A DNA stretch of 64,000 nucleotides. Source: Octopus sinensis. Its lineage: Eukaryota. Shown piece after piece: positions 1 to 13,900 of the stretch. Numbering within the stretch: the stretch's first letter is position 1; every line of letters begins with the position of its first letter. Both the position numbers and the translations under genes were made by a program. The DNA is taken from assembly GCF_006345805.1 (NCBI RefSeq), contig NC_043012.1, forward strand, positions 23,436,001-23,500,000, given 5' to 3'. Below the pieces are notes generated by a model that was not told the DNA's origin, did not search any database, and saw only the letters and a list, made by a program, of their open reading frames with translations.

Positions 1-989
1 CACACATACATTGAGAGATGTTTGCAAACACAACTGAAAAGTGATGTATTCATATACAAACTTTCTTAAACATATGAAGATGCGTATGTGCGTGTGTGTG
101 ATTATGTTTGTGTATGTGTGCAATTGTTTGTGCATGATTACAGGTATGTGTTTGTTTGTAAGTGTGTATGTGTCTGGAAGATTATTCTCAAAGACAGGAA
201 GCTAACAACAAGTACCCGGTTTGAAGCAATTTGAAAGAAATTTTGGAAGCAAAGAGAAGATAAAACTAAATAAAAGAATGAATTTAGTAATGCAATTAAT
301 TTTGTTAATTGAATTTTATTTCTCTTTTTATTTTTATTCATTCAGGTATGTTTCAAAAGTTGCTTTTAAACAACAAAAGAAATTTAATTAAGTGTTCAGA
401 ATTTATTATATTTAGCTTGCGTGATAATAAAGAAACAAAACAAAACAAAAACAAAAAAAAAAGACAACCGCAGTGTCATTGGCACTTGGGTAATAATAAT
501 ATCTTAGTATTTGATCAAGTACTGTGTAGGGAAAAAAAAAACAATCGTATTGCAAATAATACTAATGTATTAATTGGAGGCAAGACAAAAATACCAAATT
601 CTTTTATATTATTGCTTTATGTGTGTTGATCAGAAAAGATGAGCAAGCATTCTTTAGAGTAGAAAATAGACTCTTAAATTGCTGTGATTTTTACATATTA
701 TATCAGCTTCATATCGTAAAATATGAGTGAATTTCTTGTTAACCAATTTAAATGAAATTTTAATGAAACAGTTAAAAATTAACAGTTGTAATAATAATTC
801 TTTGATTGATTCATTTGAAAATCATGTTGGAAGAAAGTGAGAAGAATGAATAACTTGTCACACGACAATATTGGGGCCATATGTGTGTTACTGTCAGTCA
901 AGGAAAATTAAATATGGTCAAGAATTATTATTTTAATTTTCTATCTTTGAATTTTGTGGTACTTTACAACATAATAAAATTAATTGGTC

Positions 990-3528
990 CTTATTTTTTA
1001 CTTGTTCTGGTCATGGTGCAGTGGCTGATGGGTCTAGTTGAACATATAGATCTCAGTACATACTTCACTGGTATCTCCTGCCGAACCACAAAGGGGATGT
1101 GAACAAACCAACACTGGTTGTCAAGTGGTGGTAGGATACAAACACAATGACACACACACACACAGTCACTTACATATACATTTCAGTTTCTGTCTACTAT
1201 ATCCTCTCACTTTGTTGGACCCATGGCGATAGCGAAAGACACTCTTTGAGTGAGATAGAACCCAATACCTCAAAGTTGCAAAACACTTCTTACCACACAG
1301 CTACATCTGTCCTTAAACATTAATTTTTTTACATTTTAAAAAGAAATATGTATTTTAAATAAAAATAGTATTTTTTTAAAATGGTTCCATTTGTTGACTG
1401 AATGATATATAATGCCCTTCAGCAAGGCACTTTACTTCCCATTCCTCAATTCCATTAAGCTGAAATTAAGTAGCAGTAATTGCAGGGGTTTGGTGTTCCC
1501 TTCACTTGGGAGTCTTGTAATCTGACTCACTTCAATGTCTGAGAAACTAGGATAAGTTCCAGTGTGGTGGGCCTGTAGTGGCTTGCGCAGGTCAGATAGA
1601 ATGCGTCGATAAAGATTTTCTGTAGGTGGATGCTTTTTCTGCCTCCAGCTCTCACCTCTTTCCAAGCTAGGGAATATCTGCCTTGTGGCCAGACATGTTT
1701 TCATGGAAAATTGGAAACACAAGAGATTAAATGAGGATGATGCACACTTTACAACTATGACACAAGTAGACACGCACATAAATACTTGTATATATACATT
1801 GATATGGTGGGCTTCTTTCAGTTTCCATGTACCAAATTCATTCACAAGGTTTTGATTGATCTGATGCAATATATACAATACTGAGGCATCTTGGACAAGT
1901 GTTTTCTACTATGTGACTGTGAAACAAGCTTAAGACACACAATCATCCATGAAGAATGAAATTTATCAATTAAAACTAAAATATAATAAAATAAATTCCC
2001 CATTCATTTTTATTTGTTTCTTCATTTAATGTCCCTTTATTTGCAATAATTATATTATGAAAAACAATAATGTCGTTCAACTCTCAATTAATTATAGATC
2101 TAGCATGATATGATATTACCTATAACTGGCAGAACATTGTCATTCACAATCATGCAAATACCTCATTTGCATTTAGATTGTTGTGGATTGAAATGCGAAG
2201 CAAAAGAACTAAATAGGTGCAGCTGTAATCTAAACAGAACATTAAAAATATTTATTTTCAACAATCTGGAGCCTAACTTTGGAATGGTTAGGTATGACCA
2301 CTCATTCATCAATTAAAAATATTTTATCTAACTGTGAAATATGACAGATAAACATATTTTTTAATAGCTTTCAAACAAGCTTTTAATAACTTATTTTACA
2401 TGGAGCTGTATGTTATAAAATTACCATATTTTCCAGCAGACAAGTCAAATTTTTCAAATGAAAATTTACAGTGAAAACAAGATTAGGTCAACTTTGTGGA
2501 AGACTAAAAACTTCACATGAAGCAAAATTTGGGAAGATACTGATGATGTTTGAATGTTTACACTAAAAACATTATATTGACTTGTAATGCTAGAAAATAT
2601 CTTTTACCTTTTACTTGTTTCAGTCATTAAACTCTAAAGAAATGTTGCAACACCACCTTAAAGAATTTGGATCCGATGAATTGAGCCTAATATGTTTTTT
2701 TTAAGCTCGGCACTTCCTCTATCAGTCAGGGGACAAACACAGACACAAAGATACATACACACACAATGCAGTTCTTTCAGTTTCCATCGATCAAATACAC
2801 TTAGAAGGCTTTGTCTGGCCTGGGGCTATAATAGAAGATTTCTGCTCTCAAGATGCCACACAGTGGAACTGAACCCATAACCGTATGGTAGCGAAGCAAG
2901 CTTCTTACCACACAGCCACACTTGCACCTATATGATAAATTTGGTGTTGTTTTATAATAAAGAATCTTTATGCTTCTCAATTGAAAACTTAAGGAGATAT
3001 CACTTCAAAAATAGTAAGAGTTTACCTTGAAAAAACAGAGGCTTTTCTTAACAGTTTGTCATCTGATGATCTTTAGAAATGTATTTTCTTTGCCACTGTG
3101 GAATAACTGCCATTGTACAAATTCATTGCTTGACTAGCATTAAATTCTTGAAGGTAAAGTTCAATAGCATTTATCCGCAACATGTTACAGGCCATTCTGT
3201 TTATCTGGTAGGAAAAGTATTCAATTCAATATGACAGCATGGCAATCTTCTTCTGACCAATGATGTCATGAGAGACACATGTGTACAGGACATAACTGGA
3301 AAGTTGTATTTTATCTTTTACCTGTTTCAGTCATTTGCCTGTGGCCATACTGGGACACTGCCTTGAAGGGTCTTTGTGAACAAATTGACCACAGGACCTA
3401 CTTTTTTTGTAAGTCTAGCCTAGTACTTATTCTATTGGTCTCTTCTGCCAAATTATGAAGTTATATAAACAAACCAACACCACTCTTCAAGCAGTAGTGG
3501 GTGACAAACACAAAAACAAAGACACACA

Positions 3529-3564
<36 letters not shown>

Positions 3565-3760
3565 ACAATGGGCTCCTTTCATATTTCTGCCTACCAAATC
3601 CACTCACATGGCTTTGGTCAGCCCAGGGCTGTAGTAGAAAACACTCATCCAAGGTGCCATGCAGTGGGACTGATCCTGGGACCATGTGGTTGGGAAGCAA
3701 ACTCCTAACCACACAGCTAAACCTGTGCCTCCAGACAGCCATTCCTGCACCAAGTTAGAA
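990..3760 (-). mobile_element. Cluster of older, diverged family A-related SINEs (about 990-1310, 2600-2930, 3315-3760)
   Basis: Each carries TTTCAGTTTC...TACCAAATCCACTCAC...CTTACCACACAGC-like segments. Similar old copies lie at about 9400, 13030, 20790, 32380, 46350, 46700, 52940, 57075 and 61500. Confidence 0.75.
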
Positions 3761-3784
3761 TTTATAAGTGATGCTTTGCTATGG

Positions 3785-3920
3785 ATAACCTGATGTGGCT
3801 TTACATGGAGGGATCACCCGGCCAAAATCTTCATCAACAAGCTCTCAATGGACATGGAACATCACCCTGCTACCTCCTTCAATGTTCTGGAGTATGTTGA
3901 TGGCTGGGGTAATTGAATTG
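3785..3920 (+). mobile_element. Decayed RTE-type LINE C-terminal fragment
   Basis: RDHPAKIFINKLSMDMEHHPATSFNVLEYVDGW resembles the RTE terminus GRPAxTYIDQLxxDTG...MxDRxGW. Confidence 0.4.
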
Positions 3921-6084
3921 GACAAATTCAAGTGAGATTGACCATATGATGATCACAAAATAGTCCTTTACTAACAAAAATGACAAATACATCGAATAAA
4001 TGCCTTACAGGTGTGGATATCTATCTCTGTGATTTTAAGATTTACTGGAAATCAAATAAAAATTTATTGGCAAATCTCACACTGAAAGGTAAGAATAAAA
4101 ACTGTTTTGGAGTAAAGAATTTTTTTTAATGCAGAAAGACTATTACAGACAGACTATTACAGCATAAATATTTTGATCTGAGATTGTGAGCTGATATTTA
4201 AAATGACAACAAAAAGAAATATCTCAAGTGATATATGATGTAATATAATTGAAAATTTTAGAAGCAGAACATTTTTGTCACAGTTCCAGGCAATGAAAAT
4301 GTTGACACCATATTACAAATCCATGTCTAAGTAAACTGTTTTTGTGCATTTCACAAAAAAGTATTGTTTACCTTGTTTTACTATCACATAGGTGTAAGAC
4401 AAAATTATGAATAACACCTTTTTTCAAGATGTTCGAGCATTTACTAAGGTTTTCCATAAACCTTGAATTATTTTTTTGAAAACCTACAATGCACATAGAC
4501 ACACCCTGCAGCATGCTGAGAATCATAATCTTAAAGACTGCTTTGACAAAGTGTGACAAACACAGATATCTCTGCAAAAATAATTATAAAGAAGCGCATC
4601 CTGAAAGCTAAAAAGTGAATATTCCCAGTTTTAAGGCATAAAAGATTAATCATAAGATATAAAAGATTTACCATTGTATTTCATAATGATCTGCTGATTT
4701 ACATTACAAAATTTAGTGTAATATAGAAAATTTGTAGCTTAGTTTTATGTTATTATCTGGTGCTTTGGTGTCTTTAGCAGAATATACTTTGTTTCAAAGA
4801 TCCAGCTTAAGTCTAAGGTCTGTGGATTAATTTCTTCCAACTGTCTTGGAAGCTTTAAAAGGAATTTATACGCACTCCACTGACTAAGTTAAGTAAAATA
4901 AGAAAGAGAGAAAGTGCTTGATGTATGGAATAAAAGTAGAATGATTACTCTTATGACAGAATTGTAGCGAAAGTATATCTCTAAAGATACAGGCATTTGA
5001 AGTTGAACTTTTAACAAATGTTTTGGTGTTCTCCCACTCCATGTTTCTGCTGCCAGAGAAAAGTTTTTGGCACTTACATGCATTTTCAAATCTTTCCAAC
5101 ATAAAGTTCCATACTAATCGAAGATTTTTTTTTCCAGGCAAACAACAATTACTGATAAAAAAAGAAAAGAAAAAAAAAAAATCTAGGTTAACATCTTATT
5201 CCATCAAATGCAGTTCCGACACGGAACACTGCACAAAGATTCTTAATGGGTCTCGGAACCTATATTTCAGTCGACATATTTCTTAGAAGGTGAGTCAGTG
5301 CATGTGGGGACTAACGAAAGTCAGCATCAGAATTTTAGCTGTAATTTCCAAACATGTCTAGAACACTTGTTCCAATTTCTGTCACACTAATTCTACAAAC
5401 TACTGACATACTACAATTGAAATACCTTCATTACTGCCATAAATTCTCAACCTAAATATGACCATGAGCAATATTCGTTATATATCACAAAAATACCAAT
5501 TGCTAAAAAAAAACAAACGAGAAAAAAAAAAATGAAATTCCTACCATTATCAATAAAACCAATTCTATTACTTCCGTAATGACTATTATCATTAGTGACA
5601 ACATTGGTTCCTGTAAGTGAAGAACAATTATTAAACTAAAATGTTTTCCATACGAAGGTAATTATTTGACTAATGTATCGCATATGACACAACAAACATC
5701 ACCATTACCTCAATTACTCCCATTTGGACCATTATTTAGATCAACTTGTCCACTAATTAGCCAGTCAGCAAACCAGCCAGCCAGCCAGCCAGCCAATCAC
5801 CCAACGACAGCTACCAACTTGGCTTGCTGATATTAGTAGTACATTTTACCCAATTGCTGTCTACCACCTGCCTAGATCATATGGTTCTCTTTCACTGCAT
5901 ACATTTACTTTACTAAGAATGTCACGGTTTCCTCTGGCACTGTTAGTCACTTTAAGAAAGCCATCTAACATTTCTTTTACATTGAAATTATAGACAACTA
6001 AGCAGGCTTCTTATACTTCAGATATTTTACTTTTTTTTTTTTTTTTTGTTCTAAAAAAGCATATTTTAGTTCCATTCTCTTTCT

Positions 6085-6096
6085 GATATATATATA

Positions 6097-6129
<33 letters not shown>

Positions 6130-6226
6130 GTATACATATACATATATAATATAATATATACATATACATATATATATATATATGTAGATATATATATATA
6201 TATATATATATTATATAATATATATA

Positions 6227-6259
<33 letters not shown>

Positions 6260-6266
6260 TTATATC

Positions 6267-6314
<48 letters not shown>

Positions 6315-6332
6315 ATATATATATACATATAC

Positions 6333-6408
<76 letters not shown>

Positions 6409-6542
6409 TATATATACATATATATATATATATACATACATATATAATAATATTTACATACATATATATATATATATATACACATATATATAGATATATA
6501 TATATAATACCTATCTATATATATTATATATATATATTATAA

Positions 6543-6574
<32 letters not shown>

Positions 6575-6717
6575 TATGCATATTATATATATATATATGC
6601 ATATATATATATATATATATATATATGATCTATATATATATGTTATATATATATGTATATATATATATATATATGTATGTGTATATATATATATATACAT
6701 GTATGTGTCTATAATAT

Positions 6718-6748
<31 letters not shown>

Positions 6749-6910
6749 ATATATAATTATATATATATATATAGTATGTGTATATATATATAATATATTA
6801 TATATATATATATATTGTATTGGTATATATATATATATATATTATATAGGTTGGTGTATATATATAGATATAATATATATATATATACATATATTTGTTT
6901 GTATATATAT
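6085..6910. repeat. Long compound (TA)n microsatellite; similar tracts at 15920-16920, 20210-20450, 27420-28110, 28800-29300, 29660-30990, 47320-48072 and 52701-52920
   Basis: Direct inspection; these tracts are the source of all YIYI/MYMY-type ORFs. Confidence 0.98.
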
Positions 6911-7526
6911 GTACGTATATATATTTGTTTATTTATTTATTTATTTCCATTTTGCATTTAATCTGCAGAGCACTCTTTACACTTTCAGCACTTGCCTCTT
7001 CCAGTTCAGTCTCTGAATCATTCTCTCTCTCTCTCTCTCTCCTTCTCTCATTTTCTTTTATTTCCATTTTATAAATTCCCTTTTATCCATCTTACTGCTC
7101 AACATACTCCTCATCTTCATAGCTTTATTCAATGGCTCACTGCCCAGCTTTCCATCCATCTTGGTGAAAGTAGTGGTAATGAATAATGTTGTTGTTGATG
7201 ATGATGATGATTGATGATGATGATTGATCATCATCATCATCATCATCATCATCAAGGTGGTGCTAGTCGTGGTGATGGCAATGACGTAATTTCCTATATT
7301 GCAGAACTTGCATTTTATTCTAGAAGTTTCAAAAAAATATTTTGGTAGTGTACCAAACAGGCAGTAAACTTCTAAAATGACATAAAAGAGATTTTTATGC
7401 AAAAAAAAAAAAGTATGAAGATGAAAACCGCACAGTGTTTCAAAGTTGATACTTTAAGAAAATTAAGTATTTAACATCAGTTTATAAAAATATATAATAT
7501 ATAATAACATATAAGAATATATAATA

Positions 7527-7925
7527 GGCGCAGGAGTGGCTGTGTGGTAAGTAGCTTGCTTACCAACCACATGGTTCCGGGTTCAGTCACACTGCGTGAC
7601 ACTTTCGGCGAGTGTCTTCTACTATAGCCTCAGGCCGACCAAAGCCTTGTGAGTGGATTTGGTAGACAGAAACTGAAAGAAGCCTGTCGTATATACGTAT
7701 ATATGTGTGTGTATGTTTGTGTGTCTGTGTTTGTCCCTCTAGCATTGCTTGACAACTGATGCTGGTGTGTTTACGTCCCCGTAACTTAGCAGTTCGGCAA
7801 AAGAGACTGATAGAATAAGTACTGGGCTTACAAAGAATAAGTCCCGGGGTCGAGTTGCTCGACTAAAGGCGGTGCTCCAGCATAGCCGCAGTCAACTGAC
7901 TGAAACAAGTAAAAGAGTAAAAGAG
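7527..7925 (+). mobile_element. tRNA-derived SINE family A (CORE-like octopus SINE), full-length young copy
   Basis: Head GGCGCAGGAGTGGCTGTGTGGTAAG...GGTTCCGGGTTCAGTC (A/B-box-like), internal TA/TG tract, tail GAAACAAGTAAAAGAGTAAAAGAG; near-identical to the 21911, 33273, 35797 and 45915 copies. Confidence 0.9.
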
Positions 7926-8304
7926 CAATAGTCCAACCCATTCTAGCATGGGAAGTGGACATTAAATGATGATGATGAATAGTATATAACCCAATAAATT
8001 GCTTGCCATAGTTGACCAGGAAACTGAACAATTATATGATAATAACCAAACTATTAAGTCTACAGAGGATTGATTACAATGGACTTATTTATGGCACCAA
8101 AACCTTATCATCACCACCACCACCACCACCACCATCATCATAATCATTTAATGCTGGCATGAGTTGGATTGGCAAGATCTGATGGGTCCAAGGAATGCAT
8201 TGCACTTTAGAATCTGTGTTGGTTTGGTTTGGTTTGTTTTCTGTAGCTGGATGCCTTTCCTAATGCCAACCGTTTTACACCATGTACCAGATGATTTCTT
8301 CATA

Positions 8305-8721
8305 CCTATTTCTTTACTACCCACAAGGGGCTAAACACAAAGAGGACAAACAAGGACAGACAAAGGAATTAAGTCGATTACATCGATCCTAGTGTGTCAC
8401 TGGTACTTATTTAATCAACTCCGAAAGGATGAAAAGCAAAGTCGACCTCGACGGAATTTGAACTCAGAACGTAATGGCAGACGAAATACCTATTTCTTTA
8501 CTACCCACAAGGGGCTAAACACAGAGAGGACAAACAAGGACAGACAACCGGATTAAGTCGATTATATCGACCCCAGTGCGTAACTGGTACTTAATTTATC
8601 GACCCCGAAAGGATGAAAGGCAAAGTCGACCTCAGCGGAATTTGAACTCAGAACGTAACGGCAGACGAAATACCGCAAAGCATTTCGCCTGGCGTGCCAA
8701 CATTTCTGCCAGCTTGTCGCC
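8305..8721 (-). mobile_element. tRNA-derived SINE family C, tandem dimer, 11-bp TSD
   Basis: Head (minus) GGCGACAAGCTGGCAGAAATGTTGG...GAGTTCAAATTCC; core GCCTTTCATCCTTTCGGGGTCGATAAATTAAGTACCAG; ATTTCTTCATA duplicated at 8294-8304 and 8726-8736. Confidence 0.85.
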
Positions 8722-9020
8722 TTATATTTCTTCATATCATCACAAGTAGTGAAATTGTCATGCAGTTTTCAAGACCATAGAATTTGGGTGGGATGGGGAC
8801 AGTATTTATGCATGGAGATGAGGGTGAGGGGAAAGCAGGTTTTTGTAGGGTGGCTGCAGGGTTACTCACCTTTAGGAGAGAGAGAGAGTGAAAATGACCA
8901 GTAGGAGTTGCAAATCTAAGAGTCTCCTCAAGGTATGAGGTGAGTGCTATGTAGACACACCTGTGCCAGTGGCATGTGCAAAACACCCAGCACACTCTGT
9001 AAAGTGGTTGGTATTAGGAT

Positions 9021-9252
9021 GGGCGGCGAGCTGGCAGAAATGTTAGCACGCCGGGCAAAATGCTTAGCGGTATTTCACCTGCGTTACGTTGTGAGTTCAA
9101 ATTCCGCCGAGGTCGACTTTGCCTTTCATCCTTTCGGGGTTGATAAATTAAGTACCAGTTACGCACTGGGGTCGATGTAATCGACTTAATACCTATGTCT
9201 GTCCTTGTTTGTCCCCTCTGTGTTTAGCCCCTTGTAGGTAATAAAGAAATAA
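9021..9252 (+). mobile_element. SINE family C monomer inserted into a family B element
   Basis: TSD GTATTAGGA at 9011-9019 and 9253-9261 interrupts the family B motif GGTTGGTATTAGGAAGGGC. Confidence 0.85.
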
Positions 9253-10886
9253 GTATTAGGAAGGGCGTCCAGCTGTAGAAACCATGCCAAAACAACCCGG
9301 ATAGCTCTCCTGACTAGCTCTGTCAAACTGACCAGCCCATGCCAGCCTGGAAAACGGATGTCAAACAATGGTGATGATAATGATATATATATGTCGTTTA
9401 TCTTTTACTTGTTTCAGTCACTTGACTGCAGCCATGCTGGAGCACCACCTTCATGTGTTTAATCAAACATATCAAGCAAGAACTTATTTATTTTCTTTTG
9501 AAGCCTGGTACATTTTTTTCTATCAGTCTTTTTTCCAGAACCACTAAGTAAAAGGAATGTAAATAAACCAACACTGGTTGCAAAAATACAACACAACGAT
9601 ACATGCACAGAGATACATACAAACATATACATACGTGTGTGTGTATATACAGTCATGTTAGGTGTAATTGCCTCCATGCATTGTCTCATGCGAGCAGGGA
9701 TTGGATCAGTTTATAAGTGATAGAAGGATGTAGGGAGGGGTGGGGAGAAGATAAAGAAAACAAAAGAAAAAACACAAAAAAGTGCAGTGTCCAAATTATT
9801 TTTTTTCTTCTTTTTTTTCTTGTACTAAGCGAAGCCCAATACCCTAACATCGTGGGTCAACCATAATGTAAGACACCAATCACTTCCAATTTTTAATCAG
9901 TTTAGTGCAGTATGAAGACATTCTGTTGTCTGTCTTACCTGATAATGCAGTATCAGTGATAAAAACAAACAAACAATCAAACTGTAATCCTCTCAGAAGC
10001 AGATTGATTCCTTACCAACTCAGCCATTTCATACATCAAAAGACGGCGATGCTGTTACGTGAAGAAAAAGGTTTAACATAAAGATACAGAACTTAATGGC
10101 ACTAAAAATAAGTCAAACATCCATTCATATCATAGTAGAGCAAGAATTAAATTTTGTAGATAAGACTGCAGTTTAAAGAAACAAAAAAAAGAAAAAGAAA
10201 TCTATTATTATTATTATCATTATTACTATTATTATTGTTAGTATTATCATTATTATTATTATTATTATTATAATACCTCTTAGTAGAAGAGAATGTGTTG
10301 AAAATATGCTGCATGAAAACGAAAGATATTTCTAAATTGGCAAAACAATTTTTTTTATTGTACACTGTATAACTTTGAAGAATTACAACTAACAGAACTT
10401 ATGTATGTATACATGCATGTGTGTGTGTGTGTATACACACACACGCATATATATATATATACACACTCACATGTATATGTATATATATTTGTATGTATGT
10501 ATGTATGTATATGTGCATGTGCTAATGTTAGTGTATGTATATGTGTGTGTGTGTATATACATGTATGCATGTATGTATATAAAATGAACAGATCTGTAAC
10601 ATGTATATATCTCTTCTTCTGCCTGCATGAGCGAATATAAAGAAGATAGAAAGAGAGAGAGAAAGAAATAAAGGAAAAAAAAAGAAATAAATGAAAGTTG
10701 AGTGTTAATATTTTCTTAGACACACATTGTTAATATTATTATAGTTTTGATGTTTGATTTTCATAGCGACAAAAAAAAAATCTCTGAAGCAACTGGAGGG
10801 GGAGAGAAAAGATAACATTTAATCTCCCAAAGTATGAGTAGCTGAAAGAAAGATACCCATCCTATTGCCAACTAATACTAACAATG

Positions 10887-10922
<36 letters not shown>

Positions 10923-13900
10923 TGTGGATATATAGGTATGTATTTATAGATGATAGCAAAGAAGAAATACTTAACTAGATGAAGATTATTCAGTGTTAAT
11001 TAACTTACTTACAATGATTAACACTAAACAGATACATGAATTACAGTGATATTATGGATAAATATATAAAAAAAAGCATACTGGATATTCAAACTCTTCC
11101 AATCAATCTAATTCTACACCCTTAGATTCCAACACCAAAAAGGAAAAAAAAAATCTTTTGAATGAAGTCTCAATCATCTCTTTCTGTGGAAGGAGTGTCA
11201 GCTCTTGGATAGGAATTATTATAAGAGGAAAAAAATAAATAACTAAAACGGAGGGAATACAAGAAAAATATTTAAAAAAATAAAACAATTTCCAGTAGAT
11301 CTGTTTGCCAAGAATCTTCTCATAAAAATAGAGAACCGAGTCTTCAAATGTTGTCAACTAGTAATTTAGACAGCATCAATGTTACTTTTTAGATTAATCC
11401 TACCTTCAATAAGTCGATCTTTTCATCAATAATTTACATAAGTTGAGTGAGTCAATATTGATTGAACAAGCCTTGTGATATGTCAACCTGGAATAAAGCA
11501 AGAACTTCCAAAAGAGCAAAGATGTTTTTCTTTTCACTTTGTTTTGTTTAGTTTTCTGTCTTCATTTTATATACTTTTTTTCAATTTTTTTATTCCCCAC
11601 CACCCTTTATTTTCTTGGTTTTGTCCAGTTTACTTCAAAAGTTATGCGATGCAAAGGCTGAGAAAACTAACTTTGAAATAGAGTAAGAAATAAAATAATC
11701 ATAACTAATAAAAAATGATAATCACTTTCATAAAACAGAACAATACACACACACACACAAACACACACACACATATGAAAGCCATGTCCATAACTTTTGA
11801 AGATTCGAAAAAGTGAATCTAAAACCAAAAACACAGGGTGCCCTGGGTTCCAATAATCAGTAATCAGAGGGCAGAAATTGGCAAAATGAGAGGAGATCGG
11901 GGGGGGGAAAAAATGACAAAAAATACATATAAAGCCAAAATCCAAATAAAATAAAATACATTATATAATATCTGACTCTAACTTACATTTTAATACACTG
12001 CTGCGCCCACCATCACCGTGTGACAACTAATGTTTACTATAAAGCATTGTTATTTTTCTCTCTTCCCTTAAAATTACAAGAACATTATTTTATTTTATAT
12101 TTTCCCTCCCTCCAAGAGAAGATTTGAAGGTTTTTTTTTTAAGCAATATTTCTTTCATCATTCACTGCTCCTTTTCTTTCTAACTTTTCTTTTCTTTTTT
12201 TTTTTTTTTTACAATTTTTATTCATATATTATTTTCTAAAGTTCATAAACATCAGTAATGAAATATGTTATAAGAGAAACACTTGCAATCTTTGAGTTTG
12301 ACTTTTTTTTTGTTTTCATTTTTTTTTTTTTTATGCTGCACTGCAGTTAAGAAAATGATAGACTGGCTTATAGAACATCATAGATATAAGTTCCAGATAA
12401 AGTTTTTAGAACTTGTTCAAGAGTAAATGTAATACATGTAAAAGGAGAGAATTGGAAAGCTAAGGGCATATTCAAACATATTTTTTTTTTCCTTTAGCAC
12501 AGCATGAGTAAGGCAGGTTAAGTGTCAGCCCATAGATAAACCAATACAATTTAGTTGTTAACACGTTTGAGTCTAAAAAAAAACCCCAAAAAAAACCTCC
12601 TAACTCAGTCCACAACCCAAATCACAGAAAGTTACCCTATGAAAATCATTGTTTTTATAAGAATTTTTTTGGAAAAACGATCCAAGTTCCATTTTATAGC
12701 TGTAAGTGGAATATTTCATAACTGATATGCCATTTTGCCTTTCTAAAATTACATATCGTTCCACAAGTGTGCGCAGTAAGCTACATTTAGCTCTTCCAGT
12801 TGTCATAAATATATCGTTCAAGATAAGAATATCCTGTTTCCGAAATTTTAAGAGTATGAATGAAAAATCAGTAGAATACAAAAGAAAAAAGAAAATATAT
12901 AAATTAAATTTTAAAAATGTAAACAGTATTCATCCCTCATTAAATCAGAGGGTTGAAGTTATTGTTTAAGCCTATACATTGCATCAAGCTGTTAAAAATA
13001 TATAAGCAGTAAAATAAGCTTTTTTAAAAATTTTCTCTGTGTTTCAGTCATTGGACTGCAGCCATGCTGGTGCACCACCTTGGAGGGTCAAACAAATTGC
13101 TAGCAGTACTTAGTTTTTAAGTCTGGTACTTATCAGTTCTTTTACTAATCTGCTAGGTTACAAATCAAAACCAGTTGTCAAACAGTGAGAAGGGGCACAA
13201 AGACATCCATACACACACATGTGGGTGGGACTGAACTCAAAACCAGTTGGTTGCAAAATAAGCTTCTTAACCACACAACCACTCCCGCACCTATAGAAGA
13301 GGTTATTATAAAAAATAATAATATTAAAACAATATTCATTGGTGCCACTTAAAAAGCATCTGTGATCTAAAAAGCACCCAGTATACTCCATAGAGAGGTT
13401 AGCATTAGGAAGAGCATCCAGCTGTAGGAACCATGTCAAAACAGACAACCAGAACTTGGTGTGGGCCCTGGCCTCACCAGTTCCTGTTGAGCTGTCCAAC
13501 CCATGCCAGTGTGGAAAACGGATATTAAATGATGATGATGATCTGTCTGTCTGTCTGTCTCATGTAAAAAGCACCATCCGATCAAGGCCGTTGCCAGCCT
13601 CGCCTGGCCCCCGTGCCAGTGGCACGTAAAAAGCACCATCCGATCATGACCGGTTGCCAACCTCGTCTGGCAACTGTGCTCGTGGCACATAAAAAGCACA
13701 CACTACACACACGGAGTGGTTGGCATTAGGAAGGGCATCCAGCCGTAGAAACATTGCCAGATCAGACTGGGCCTGGTGCAGCCCTCTGGCTTCACAGACC
13801 CCAGTTGAACCATCAAACCCATGCTAGCATGGAAAGCGGATGCTAAATGATGATGATGATGATATATATATATATATATATGTATACATAGATCATTGAT

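Noticed and set aside
1432-1878. 148-aa minus-strand ORF with an internal GTGAGT donor
   Set aside because: It starts in a SINE remnant and ends in a SINE-like GTAAAGTGCCTTGCTGAAGGGCA motif; no recognisable domain.
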